A stretch of DNA of 64,000 nucleotides, from positions 59,417 to 123,416 of the forward strand of contig BTUW01000010.1 of the NCBI GenBank assembly GCA_045863055.1, given 5' to 3'. Positions within the stretch are counted from its first letter, which is position 1. Every line of letters begins with the position of its first letter. The notes under the pieces were generated by a model that saw only the letters and a program-made list of their open reading frames with translations, was not told the origin of the DNA and did not search any database. This DNA comes from Chlorobiota bacterium. GTDB lineage: Bacteria; Bacteroidota; Ignavibacteria; Ignavibacteriales; Ignavibacteriaceae. The translations under genes and the position numbers were made by a program. Below, in pieces: positions 8,865 to 17,510 of the stretch.

Positions 8865-10199
8865 TCAGTTTGTCACCAGTCCCGAGATCCAGAGGCTCCC
8901 TTGCAGGAACGCCCATGGAGCAACGGAAACATGCACATTTCCAAGATAATTGATGCACTGGCCGAGCTCGAAATACTCAACATTCGGCAGGTTGCCCCAC
9001 ACCTGTTTCAGTTTTACGAAGTTGCCGTAGGGCACCAGATCATCGTTCATTGAGTGGGCGATGAACATCTTCGTCTTCGGCTTCCATCCGTTCCAGATGT
9101 CGTTATCGTGGAGGTATTTCCACATCCGGCTGTTGGGGTTCCGAAGCGAATCAAGCACTGCGGGCTTGAAGATGTTCTTCAGGATCTTGTCAGGGGGCAT
9201 TTTGGCGTTAAGCTCCGCGGCAGAGTGGAAACCGTCGGCATAGAGGAAAAGATCCTTCGCGTACTGCGGCAGCAACAGCGAGTCGAAATTGAATACTTTC
9301 GAATCACTGTAAACAGCATCGTAACCTCTAAGGAGATACGGCAGGAAGTAGGGGGCTCCGAACGGTTTGTCCGAGAGCATCACGTCAACCATTGTGCCGG
9401 TGAGGTCGAAGGGAGCGTCCATACACGCTGCACCGGTGATGGTTATCCCGCCTCTTTTCTCGATCTCTTTAACGGTCGCGGCTGTCGCGTACCCGCCTTC
9501 GGAGAATCCCATTATGAAAAGCTGACCGTTCCACTCAAGGTTGGTGTTGTTGTTCTTCGACTTCAGATAGGCGATCATGTTCGTTATCAGGTCGGCTGAG
9601 GCCTTTCCGAGGCGGTCGGCGTGGCAGAGTGGGTGCGACTCACCCTTATCTTCGCCCATCCCCTGATAGTCGGGCATGATTATTGCCCACTGGTTCGAGA
9701 GGGCCATCCCGGCGGCTATCTCCACTTCCGTGAAGTCACCCGGGTTTATGTATGCTTCCCATTGTGATGGGGCATGGGCCTTCACCAGCTCGGTCGCGTG
9801 CTGGAACGAGATCAGGGGCACCCTGTACTTCGTCCATGGCTTATAGGGATAGATAAGTTTTGCCGAAAGGGTGATGGGCGCGCCTTTATTATCGGTTGAA
9901 GTGTAGCTTATCTAGCAATACCAGATGATGTTTGCGCCGGAAGTATTGGGGAGGTTCTGGATGTGGTTGCCCAGATTCGCCAGATAATAGTTGGGGGAAG
10001 ATTTGAACCTGTCGAGTACCTGATCGAGTGCTGTGGTGTCGAGATACTTGGCTTCAAGAATGTTTATCCCTTCGGCCCCATAGGGTCGCTGATACGGACC
10101 GTTGGGGTCCGTCGGGGATACAGGGTCGCATTTACATCCGTAAAAGGAAATGAGAACCAGCGGAATGAGTATCCGGATGACTGAATACAGGCGTCTCAT
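8865..10199 (-). pseudogene. Secreted alpha/beta-hydrolase (secretory-lipase-like) lipoprotein interrupted by one in-frame TAG
   Basis: ORFs 9912..10199 (lipoprotein signal ...LISFYGCKC) and 8865..9821 (GFSEGGYA nucleophile elbow, HSMNDDLVP) are in the same frame. The only stop between them is TAG at 9912..9914. The 30 intervening codons (ISYTSTDNKGAPITLSAKLIYPYKPWTKYR) read through cleanly. Confidence 0.7.
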
Positions 10200-10287
10200 T
10201 GTTAATCCCGGTGTATGACAGTAAATAGCTGAATTACGAAGGGAAAATTAAAACAATTTTTATTATTTATAAAGATAAAATATAAAA

Positions 10288-10323
10288 CAAAAAAAGCTGC
10301 CCCCCGCTTGGGACGCAGCTTTT
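10288..10323 (-). terminator. Intrinsic terminator after the YceI gene
   Basis: The minus strand reads AAGCTGCgtcccaagcgggggGCAGCTTTTTTTG. Confidence 0.75.
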
Positions 10324-10358
10324 GAAGTGTAAATGTTTAAGGTTGATCCCGACGGTGC

Positions 10359-10889
10359 TTATCCTTTTACGAGCTGCACATCGATATTGAACTTTACTTC
10401 TTCACCTACGAGCACGCCGCCGGTCTCGAGGGCCGCGTTCCAGGTAAGACCGAAGTCTTTTCTGTTGATCTTTCCGGTGATCACGAAGCCGGTTCTGGTG
10501 TTACCCCAGGGGTCTTTCATCAGACCGCTGTACTCAACATCAAGGTCGATGGTCTTGGTTACATCTTTGATGGTGAAGTCGCCTGATACTACATAGCTGC
10601 CTTCGCCGGTCTTCTTAACGCCGGTTGAAACGAAAGTGAGTTTCGGGAATTTCTCCACTTCGAAGAAGTCTGCGCTCTTCAGGTGGTTGTCCCTGTCGGT
10701 ATTGTTGGTATCGATCGAAGCGACATCAGCCGAGAAGGAGATCTTCGAGGTTTCGAAGTTGTCGTCTTCATTGGTTACGGTAGCTTCGAAAGCATTGAAC
10801 TTGCCCGAAACATTGGTGAACATCATGTGTTTTACTTTGAAGCCGATCTCTGAGTGTGAAGGATCGAGATTCCATTTTGAAGTTGCCAT
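10359..10889 (-). CDS. YceI family polyisoprenoid-binding protein
   Basis: WNLDPSHSEIGFKVKHMMFTNVSGKFNAFEATV and a C-terminal FGLTWNAALETGGVLVGEEVKFNIDVQL are typical of the YceI-like domain. Confidence 0.9.
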   Translation of the reverse strand: MATSKWNLDPSHSEIGFKVKHMMFTNVSGKFNAFEATVTNEDDNFETSKISFSADVASIDTNNTDRDNHLKSADFFEVEKFPKLTFVSTGVKKTGEGSYVVSGDFTIKDVTKTIDLDVEYSGLMKDPWGNTRTGFVITGKINRKDFGLTWNAALETGGVLVGEEVKFNIDVQLVKG

Positions 10890-10921
10890 TTTACTATTCT
10901 CCGTTTTTTATTGTTAATTCG

Positions 10922-11647
10922 TTAAATATTCATCGGTACTTCCATCAGAAGGAGGGAAGTGTTGCCTGTTGCTGTAAAATTTACTCTGTTAATATCCCAA
11001 ATGCCGAAGCCGTCACGGGAGTTCAATTCCTGGCCTTCCACAGCCACATCGCCGGCGAGAACGAAAACATAGAGGCCGTTTCCTTCACCTTTGATTGTGT
11101 AGTCGAGCGAAGTTCCCTTCTCAAGATCGGCGATGTGGAACCATGCGTTCTGGTGGATCCACACACCTTCGTCATCCGGATTGGGTGACACTATCTGCTG
11201 GAAGCGGTTTTTTCTGTCTTCGATGTTCAGCGTTATCTGATCGTACCGGGGGGTAACATTTCTCTTGTTTGGGAACACCCAGATCTGGAGGAATTTCACG
11301 GGCTGGTCGTCATTCTTGTTATATTCGCTGTGTCTGATGCCTGTGCCGGCGCTCATCACCTGGATGTCACCGTGCCTGATAACGGCTACATTTCCCATAC
11401 TGTCTTTATGCTCAAGATCTCCTTCGAGAGGGATCGAGATAATTTCCATGTTGTCGTGCGGGTGAGTGCCGAAGCCCATCCCCGGTGCTACGTAGTCGTC
11501 GTTCAGCACGCGGAGCGCGCCGAAGTGCATCCGTGAAGGATCGTAATAATTCGCGAAACTGAATGTGTGTCTGCTGTGCAGCCAACCGTGGTCGGCATCA
11601 CCGCGAGTATCAGCTTTATGTAATATCGTGTTGGCCATTGTTTTCAA
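10922..11647 (-). CDS. Pirin family protein (cupin; quercetinase-like)
   Basis: HGWLHSRHTFSFANYYDP, GFGTHPHDNMEIISIPLEGDLEHKDSMGN and IQVMSAGTGIRHSE are classic pirin N-terminal cupin motifs. Confidence 0.9.
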   Translation of the reverse strand: MKTMANTILHKADTRGDADHGWLHSRHTFSFANYYDPSRMHFGALRVLNDDYVAPGMGFGTHPHDNMEIISIPLEGDLEHKDSMGNVAVIRHGDIQVMSAGTGIRHSEYNKNDDQPVKFLQIWVFPNKRNVTPRYDQITLNIEDRKNRFQQIVSPNPDDEGVWIHQNAWFHIADLEKGTSLDYTIKGEGNGLYVFVLAGDVAVEGQELNSRDGFGIWDINRVNFTATGNTSLLLMEVPMNI

Positions 11648-11742
11648 TTCCTTTTTTCAAAAATTAACTGTACAAACTTACAGCCGCCGCCACCCCCGAA
11701 ACGATGAACTGGTTTATGAAATTCTCTTAAGGTAGATTAAGG

Positions 11743-11826
11743 AAAATGTGAAATGTGAAATGTGATCCACACTCTACACTCTACACTCTACACTAATAAC
11801 TCTACACTCTACACTAAACACTAAAT
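11743..11826. repeat. Mosaic intergenic element: (AAATGTG)x3 followed by (CTACACT)n words
   Basis: aaatgtg x3 (11744..11764) is the reverse complement of the heptamer at 3684..3711. It is followed by tccacact(ctacact)x3 aataact(ctacact)x2 aaacactaaa. The element lies in a divergent promoter region. Confidence 0.85.
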
Positions 11827-11924
11827 TTACTATCTTAGAGACCGGGAAAACAACTTTTCACTATTATCATGTACGGAGTTACCGCAATGTCTTATTGTTT
11901 AATGTTCAAGGAGCAGTCACGCTG

Positions 11925-12731
11925 ATGCAAAAAACTATCCGTGCACTCAGCATTTACCTGATCTCGCCCCTGCTTTTCCTCACATCATGTTCGGCTGAAA
12001 AACCGGCTGTCCCGGCTGAGCAGCCGCATGAGATCACGCAACAGTCGTCAGATACGTTGATCACCCACCGGATCGGCGACGGGGAAGTGGTGTTCCGTTT
12101 TCAGAACTACCGAAACACGGGCGGAAAGGTGTTCATCGTGCTTCATGACGATGAGAACACCGGTGTCGAAGCAATGAACACCATACTCAAGTCACAGAAA
12201 AGCTCGTTTATCGAGCTTCGGGCTTCCGGTACGAGGCTGATCCCTTTCAGACTTAACGGGAGGTCGTATAAATTCGATCCGAACAGGATATTCACCCCCG
12301 CCGGAATCAGGAAAACCCTGGCAAATAATGGCGGCACTTCACCTGCTGCAGAAAAAGCTGTCGCGGAACTTGCAAACCGGATAACCGGGATGCTCGAAAA
12401 GTTTGATACGGTTATCGCGGTGCACAACAACAGACGCGGCTACTCGCTTCAGGATTACCTGCCGGGCGGTACATACGCCAGGGACGCGGCTGATGTCCAC
12501 TGGGTTAAAGGCACATCACCGAATGATTTCTATTTCGTCGTGGAACGCGATGATTTCGAAGCCCTGAAAGCAAAGGGGATCAATGTTGTGCTGCAGTCAG
12601 CCGCCACCGTCACCGATGATGGCTCCCTCTCCGTCTATTGCCAGCAGAAGGGCATCCGCTACCTCAACTGCGAAGCCTATGATGGGCACCTCTCTCAGCA
12701 GATCTTTATGCTTGAATCACTAGGCAATTAA
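11925..12731 (+). CDS. Lipoprotein of unknown function; possible zinc amidohydrolase (HxxE...H pattern)
   Basis: The track start is TTG 11895. ATG 11925 gives MQKTIRALSIYLISPLLFLTSCS (lipobox). LHDDENTG, FDPNRIFT and AVHNN are reminiscent of M14/AstE-like metal sites. This is weak and from pattern only. Confidence 0.45.
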   Translation: MQKTIRALSIYLISPLLFLTSCSAEKPAVPAEQPHEITQQSSDTLITHRIGDGEVVFRFQNYRNTGGKVFIVLHDDENTGVEAMNTILKSQKSSFIELRASGTRLIPFRLNGRSYKFDPNRIFTPAGIRKTLANNGGTSPAAEKAVAELANRITGMLEKFDTVIAVHNNRRGYSLQDYLPGGTYARDAADVHWVKGTSPNDFYFVVERDDFEALKAKGINVVLQSAATVTDDGSLSVYCQQKGIRYLNCEAYDGHLSQQIFMLESLGN

Positions 12732-12732
12732 A

Positions 12733-12863
12733 AAAGTTACACAGATTTCACAGATTATGCACGCCTGCCCCTTCGGGGGATTTCACGGATTCTTAATAAT
12801 CTGTGGAATCTGTGTTAAATCCGTTTAATCCGCGTAACCTTAAATATCACAGTTCACACTTTC
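12733..12863. repeat. Mosaic intergenic element: CACGGATT/CACAGATT word arms in inverted orientation around a cccc-ttc-gggg hairpin
   Basis: gttacacagatttcacagatt ... aatctgtggaatctgtgttaaatccgtttaatccgcgtaac. Homologous to 15198..15285. Confidence 0.85.
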
Positions 12864-12897
12864 TTATATTTCGTCTTTAGTTTTTTGAATTTTGAGA

Positions 12898-14052
12898 ATG
12901 AGCAGAAAAAAGATAGTATTGGTCGGACCGGCATACCCGTACAGGGGCGGGAACTCCCTGTTCGTGTCGAGTTTGTATGATATTCTGAAGGATGAGTTTG
13001 AAGTAAAAGTTATAAACTACAAGCTTCTTTACCCCTCGATCCTCTTTCCCGGTACGACGCAGTACGACAAAAGTGAAAAGAACATCAAAAAGGCCCCGAA
13101 CGAGCGGCTGATCAACTCGGTCAATCCGTTCAACTGGGTTTCCGTGGCAAAGCGAATTGTCGCCGAGGATGCTGATCTGGTCGTGTTCGACTGGTGGCAG
13201 CCCTTCTTCGGTCCATGCCACCGCGTGATATCAGGACTGATTAAAAAGCACTACGGCAACAGGATCCTCTTTATCACCGAGAATTACATCTCCCACGAAG
13301 GAAGTTTCATCGACCACACGCTTACAAAGATCGGTCTGAAGAACGCTGGCTCATTCCTCACACTTTCGGCGAAAGTTGCCGATGAACTTAAGAACACCGC
13401 CGGCGCGCGCAAGATCTACCGGAGCGAGCTTCCCGTTTACGACTGCTACACAGCCCAGGAAGGCCTCACTTCAGAAGAGGCTAAGATATCTTTCGGTTTC
13501 CCCCGCGACTCAAAAGTCATCCTCTTTTTCGGCTATATAAGAAAATACAAAGGCCTCGATATCCTCCTCGACGCGATGCCGGAACTGATAAAACGCGACC
13601 CCTCGATAAAGCTCCTCGTGGCGGGCGAGTTTTACGACGAGTTCGATTTCTACAGCGAGATCATCAAAAAGCATGATATCGGCTCCTCTGTTTACATGAT
13701 AAACAAGTTCATTTCGAACGAAGAGGTTTACAAATATTACGAGCCTGCCGATCTGGTGATCCTCCCTTACAGGAGCGGTACACAGTCGGGGATACTCAAT
13801 GTCGCCTACGGCTTTCTGAAACCGGTGCTGGTAACCAGGGTTGGTGGTTTGGCAGAGTTTGTTGACGAGGGGAAGTCGGGTTTCGTGATCGAACCCGAGT
13901 CACCCGGGGCGATAGCCGAAGGCGTTATGAAATTCTTTGAAGCGAGGGAGAATTTCGATTTCAAGGGCTACATTTCAGAAAAAGTTTCGGCCAACGGCTT
14001 CAATCAGATGCCTGAGCTCTTCAAACAGATAATCTCGGAGGCGGGAAGATGA
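12898..14052 (+). CDS. Glycosyltransferase family 4
   Basis: GT-B C-terminal half with ILFFGYIRKYKGLD, LVAGEF and YRSGTQSGILNVAYGFLKPVLVTRVGGLAEFVDEGKSGFVIEP (EX7E-like region). First ATG at 12898. Confidence 0.8.
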   Translation: MSRKKIVLVGPAYPYRGGNSLFVSSLYDILKDEFEVKVINYKLLYPSILFPGTTQYDKSEKNIKKAPNERLINSVNPFNWVSVAKRIVAEDADLVVFDWWQPFFGPCHRVISGLIKKHYGNRILFITENYISHEGSFIDHTLTKIGLKNAGSFLTLSAKVADELKNTAGARKIYRSELPVYDCYTAQEGLTSEEAKISFGFPRDSKVILFFGYIRKYKGLDILLDAMPELIKRDPSIKLLVAGEFYDEFDFYSEIIKKHDIGSSVYMINKFISNEEVYKYYEPADLVILPYRSGTQSGILNVAYGFLKPVLVTRVGGLAEFVDEGKSGFVIEPESPGAIAEGVMKFFEARENFDFKGYISEKVSANGFNQMPELFKQIISEAGR

Positions 14053-15191
14053 TACTTAAACCCGATTGCACCCATTTTCCGGGTGACAGGCCGTGCAGGT
14101 TCAACAAGCTCGAAGGACGCGTATGCGATAACTGCGCGGAATATTCACCCGTCACCGGAGACCGCCCCGAAAACTCGATAATCATTATTAAGCTCGACGC
14201 GCTTGGTGATGTCCTGCGAACAACGGCGATACTTCCCGCGATCAAAAAGAGCCTACCGCAAAGCCACATCACGTGGATCACTAAGCGGAACGCTGTTCCC
14301 GTCTTTGAGAACATCGACCTGGTTGATCAGGTGATCGCGTTCGAGGACACAGCCGAAGTGGTGCGGGCTTCTTCACTCTACTACGATATTCTTATACATC
14401 CCGATGCCTCGCCTCAGAGCGCGCCGCTTGCATCGATGATAAACGCTTTCCAAAAGTACGGCTTCATTACCGATGCCGCGGGGAAAGTTATCCCTGCCAA
14501 TCCGCAGGCGGAGGAGTGGTTCGAGATGGGTGCGTTCGATCATCTGAAGAAGGTGAATACCAAGACCTATCAGCAGATCATCCATGAAATTGCCAATCTC
14601 CACTATGAAAAAGGGGAGATACAGGTTAAGCTCACCCCTGGAGAGCTTGAGTTCCGTGACCGTTTTATTGAAGCCAACGGGCTATCAGGGAAGAAATACA
14701 TTCTCGGTATCAATGTCGGTGCTTCAGGCCGCTGGCAACTGAAACAGTGGCGGATGGAAGGGTTCGTTGAACTGATCAGCATCCTCTTTCAGGTGGTGCC
14801 CGATATTCAGATACTCCTCTACGGCGGGAAAGAGGAGGAGGAACGGATCGATGAACTTATGACCCGTTTCCCCCAACTTGTCTCAACAGGTACGGGGAAC
14901 AACCTGCGTCAGTTCTTCGCTCTGATGGATATTCCGCATGTCGTGATCAGCGGTGACACGATGGCGCTTCATGCCGCCACCGCGCTGCGGAAGAGGGTGA
15001 TCTGCCTTTTTGGGCCGACCTCATACAATGAAATAGAATCCTATGACAGGATAACGAAGATATATCCGAAGATGGATTGCCTGGTCTGCTATAAACCCGC
15101 CTGCGACTTCAAACCTAACTGCATGGACCTCATCTCCACCCAAATGGTGTTGGATGCGGTGCTCTCCGCTTTTGATTTGGGGCTCGCGTAA
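14049..15191 (+). CDS. Glycosyltransferase family 9 (heptosyltransferase-like) with N-terminal Cys-rich segment
   Basis: ATGA overlap with the preceding GT4. IIIIKLDALGDVLRTTAILPAIKK and VISGDTMALHAATALRKRVICLFGPT are GT9 hallmarks. N-terminus CTHFPGDRPCRFNKLEGRVCDNC. Confidence 0.8.
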   Translation: MILKPDCTHFPGDRPCRFNKLEGRVCDNCAEYSPVTGDRPENSIIIIKLDALGDVLRTTAILPAIKKSLPQSHITWITKRNAVPVFENIDLVDQVIAFEDTAEVVRASSLYYDILIHPDASPQSAPLASMINAFQKYGFITDAAGKVIPANPQAEEWFEMGAFDHLKKVNTKTYQQIIHEIANLHYEKGEIQVKLTPGELEFRDRFIEANGLSGKKYILGINVGASGRWQLKQWRMEGFVELISILFQVVPDIQILLYGGKEEEERIDELMTRFPQLVSTGTGNNLRQFFALMDIPHVVISGDTMALHAATALRKRVICLFGPTSYNEIESYDRITKIYPKMDCLVCYKPACDFKPNCMDLISTQMVLDAVLSAFDLGLA

Positions 15192-15197
15192 GTTTAG

Positions 15198-15313
15198 AAA
15201 AGTTACACGGATTCCACGGATTATACACGGATTTTTAAACATCTGTGAAATCTGTGTTAAATCCTGTCAATCCGTGTAACCTTTAAAAACTTCACTCTAC
15301 ACTCCACACTCAC
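15198..15313. repeat. Mosaic intergenic element: CACGGATT word palindrome plus CTACACT/CCACACT words
   Basis: gttacacggattccacggattatacacggattt faces atctgtgaaatctgtgttaaatcctgtcaatccgtgtaac (the outer 12 nt are perfectly complementary). This is followed by cttcactctacactccacactc. Confidence 0.85.
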
Positions 15314-15315
15314 CC

Positions 15316-16770
15316 CTACTTCAAGTACACCAACTTAATAGTATTCGAAAGCTTGCCGCTGGTGAGGCGGGCGAGGTAGATACCTGAAGGAAGACCCACG
15401 GGTTTGAAATCAACTGTGTGAAAACCGGCGGTGAGGTCGCGGTCGAGGAGTATCGCCACCGACACCCCTTTCAGGTCATAGACGACAAGTGTGGTTTTTC
15501 CCGGTTTTGAGAGGGTAAAGGATATCCTCGTTTCGGGATTGAACGGATTCGGATGGTTCTGCAGAAGCTGAAATTCTTTCGGCAGTTCTGATCCCTCCTT
15601 GGTTGAAACCGGTCCGCCGGGGAAGAACCATGAGATCATGTTCATAATATTTGCCCGCCAGAGCCCCCAGCTGTGTCCTTCGGGGTACTCCTTCGTCCAG
15701 ACAGTGTAGCCCTTCGCGAGAAGTGAATCCCTGAAATTCCTCATCGTTGGGAAGAGCGACTCGTAAGTCCCCCAGATCGAGAAGAACCTTATATCTTTCC
15801 GCGAGCCGTTGATTATCGCGTTGTAGATCTCATAGTTGTTAGGCTGGAAGGCTGCCGAGTGGAGACCGCAGTTCGCGAACACTTCGGGGTAATTCCAGCT
15901 AATAATTGCCGAAATGTTGCCGCCGTAGGAGTCGCCGAGCACGAGGCGTTTGTATTTATTGGCGATCGTCTTGTAACGCGAGTCGATGTACGGCACCAGT
16001 TCCTGCGCGAAGAACGCGGCATAGGCGTTGCGGAGTGAGCCGGCGTACTCGTTGTTCCGGTTATTCGGCCGCACGAAGACCGCGATCACGGGCTCGATCT
16101 TGTTGCTGTCGATCGCGTTATCGAGAATTGTAGCCGCCTGCGCGAGCGAGAGGTACTCTGATCCGTCGTGGAAATAAACCGCGGGGTATCGGCGCGTCGA
16201 GGAGGAATCGTATCCCGGAGGGAGATAGACGTAATAAGCAAAGGTCGAGTTGGTGTTCGTGCTGGTAAAATTGTAGTTGAGAACCGTTCCCGCGGGGAGG
16301 TTCGGGCCGCGGACTATCTCCCACGGCTGTACATAACCGGGCATCGCCAGTTCTGAATTGGGGCCGAAACCGCCGGGGCAAACCCTCGGATTGAGGGGAT
16401 CAAGTATCCAGTTGCTGCCGTTTATTACCAGTTTATAGTCAACCCGGGCGGTCATCTCAAACGACCGGAAATAATAGAAAAGATTGGTGTTGGTTATCCT
16501 CGTCATCGTTACCGATGCCGCCCACGAGGTGAAATCACCGGCAACCTGAACATAGTTCGCGTTGCTGTTGTAGAGGAACACGGCCATGTTCCCTTCACGG
16601 AGCGGTATCCCCGCGGCGCGGTTTGCGTTCACGAAACTGTCGGCAACAGCGGTTTTCCTCACGGGGTCATCTATCGTGTTCACATAGGTGAGGAAGTTCA
16701 GAAAATTGGTCTGGGCGGAGGCCGTAAAGCAGGTGAAGAGGATAAAGGGGAGTAAGTATTTCTTTTTCAT
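15316..16770 (-). CDS. Esterase (putative-esterase PF00756-like alpha/beta hydrolase) with N-terminal E-set/CBM48-like domain and T9SS sorting domain
   Basis: Start at MKKKYLLPFILFTCFTASAQ (16770). VYLPPGYDSSSTRRYPAVYFHDGSEY, LVLGDSYGG and EYPEGHSW. C-terminus NHPNPFNPETRISF...GIYLARLTSGKLSNTIKLVYLK. Confidence 0.8.
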   Translation of the reverse strand: MKKKYLLPFILFTCFTASAQTNFLNFLTYVNTIDDPVRKTAVADSFVNANRAAGIPLREGNMAVFLYNSNANYVQVAGDFTSWAASVTMTRITNTNLFYYFRSFEMTARVDYKLVINGSNWILDPLNPRVCPGGFGPNSELAMPGYVQPWEIVRGPNLPAGTVLNYNFTSTNTNSTFAYYVYLPPGYDSSSTRRYPAVYFHDGSEYLSLAQAATILDNAIDSNKIEPVIAVFVRPNNRNNEYAGSLRNAYAAFFAQELVPYIDSRYKTIANKYKRLVLGDSYGGNISAIISWNYPEVFANCGLHSAAFQPNNYEIYNAIINGSRKDIRFFSIWGTYESLFPTMRNFRDSLLAKGYTVWTKEYPEGHSWGLWRANIMNMISWFFPGGPVSTKEGSELPKEFQLLQNHPNPFNPETRISFTLSKPGKTTLVVYDLKGVSVAILLDRDLTAGFHTVDFKPVGLPSGIYLARLTSGKLSNTIKLVYLK

Positions 16771-16820
16771 AAGCTGTTGTTCAAGGTTCATATCAATACT
16801 TCAAATATACCCAATCCCTC

Positions 16821-16856
16821 AAAAATAAAAAACCCCGAAGGGATGCCTTCGGGGTT
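16821..16856 (-). terminator. Intrinsic terminator after the lipoprotein gene 16877..17335
   Basis: The minus strand reads CCCCGAAGGcatcCCTTCGGGGTTTTTTATTTTT. Confidence 0.8.
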
Positions 16857-16876
16857 TTGGCTTAATTTCGAAGTAT

Positions 16877-17335
16877 TTATTGCTTTTTGAGCGACATGTT
16901 CATTTTGTAAGTTGTGTCGGCCACGAACGGATAGCTCTTGAATCTCATTTTGAGTTCGCCGTCAACCCTTCCTGTGGTTGAGTTGATCTTTCCCTTGAAC
17001 TGCCATTCGTCATCGTTTGCCGAGCTGAATGTCAGGATAAGGGAGTCGTTCCTCACGAGGCCCATCGGGTTCAGGTTTCTCTCTATGGTTGTTGATGACG
17101 TGCCAAGTTTTCTGAACTTGAGGTAGCCGGGTCCCGCAAGAGAAGCGTTGGTCCCGCTGCCTGTGTAGGTAATGATCGCGTACTCAAGTCCGCTGCCCGA
17201 CATTACTGAATCCTTCCATGACCCGGCATAAACCGACGGTGTTTCGGGCTGCGGATTTACAGGATTGCTTTCATCCTTGGAGCAGCCGGCCAAAAAGAAA
17301 AGTGAGAGGAGTGAAAAAGCTAAGGTTCTGCGCAT
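16877..17335 (-). CDS. Lipoprotein, unknown function
   Basis: MRRTLAFSLLSLFFLAGCSKD lipobox. Followed by a strong terminator hairpin at 16821..16856. Confidence 0.6.
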   Translation of the reverse strand: MRRTLAFSLLSLFFLAGCSKDESNPVNPQPETPSVYAGSWKDSVMSGSGLEYAIITYTGSGTNASLAGPGYLKFRKLGTSSTTIERNLNPMGLVRNDSLILTFSSANDDEWQFKGKINSTTGRVDGELKMRFKSYPFVADTTYKMNMSLKKQ

Positions 17336-17510
17336 TGTATTCCTTGATGTTGATGAATTTGTGATGCAAAACTAAAAAAATAGTATAACACGGCAAAGCT
17401 TCGACTAAAATTAAAGTTTCTAATGGGAATTCCCCGTTACTATTTGTGACATTCCCCACTTTTAACGAATTTAAAGGTTGCGTTTTACAATTAATTTCGA
17501 AGTATAGAGA

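Noticed and set aside
8491-8958. 155-aa ORF as a single gene
   Set aside because: Its N-terminal two thirds overlap the lipase 3' end in another frame and run through the lipase terminator hairpin and a word repeat. Only the last 69 codons look protein-like (a CTD remnant).
9912-9914. In-frame TAG as evidence for stop-codon reassignment or pyrrolysine
   Set aside because: TAG terminates other well-supported genes in the window (for example at 2993..2995 and 32533..32535). It is a single occurrence and no pyl genes are seen.
15813-16381. Arg-rich alternative-frame ORFs (69-87 aa, both strands) inside the esterase gene
   Set aside because: They are frame artefacts of a GC-rich coding stretch. 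The esterase frame carries the catalytic motifs.
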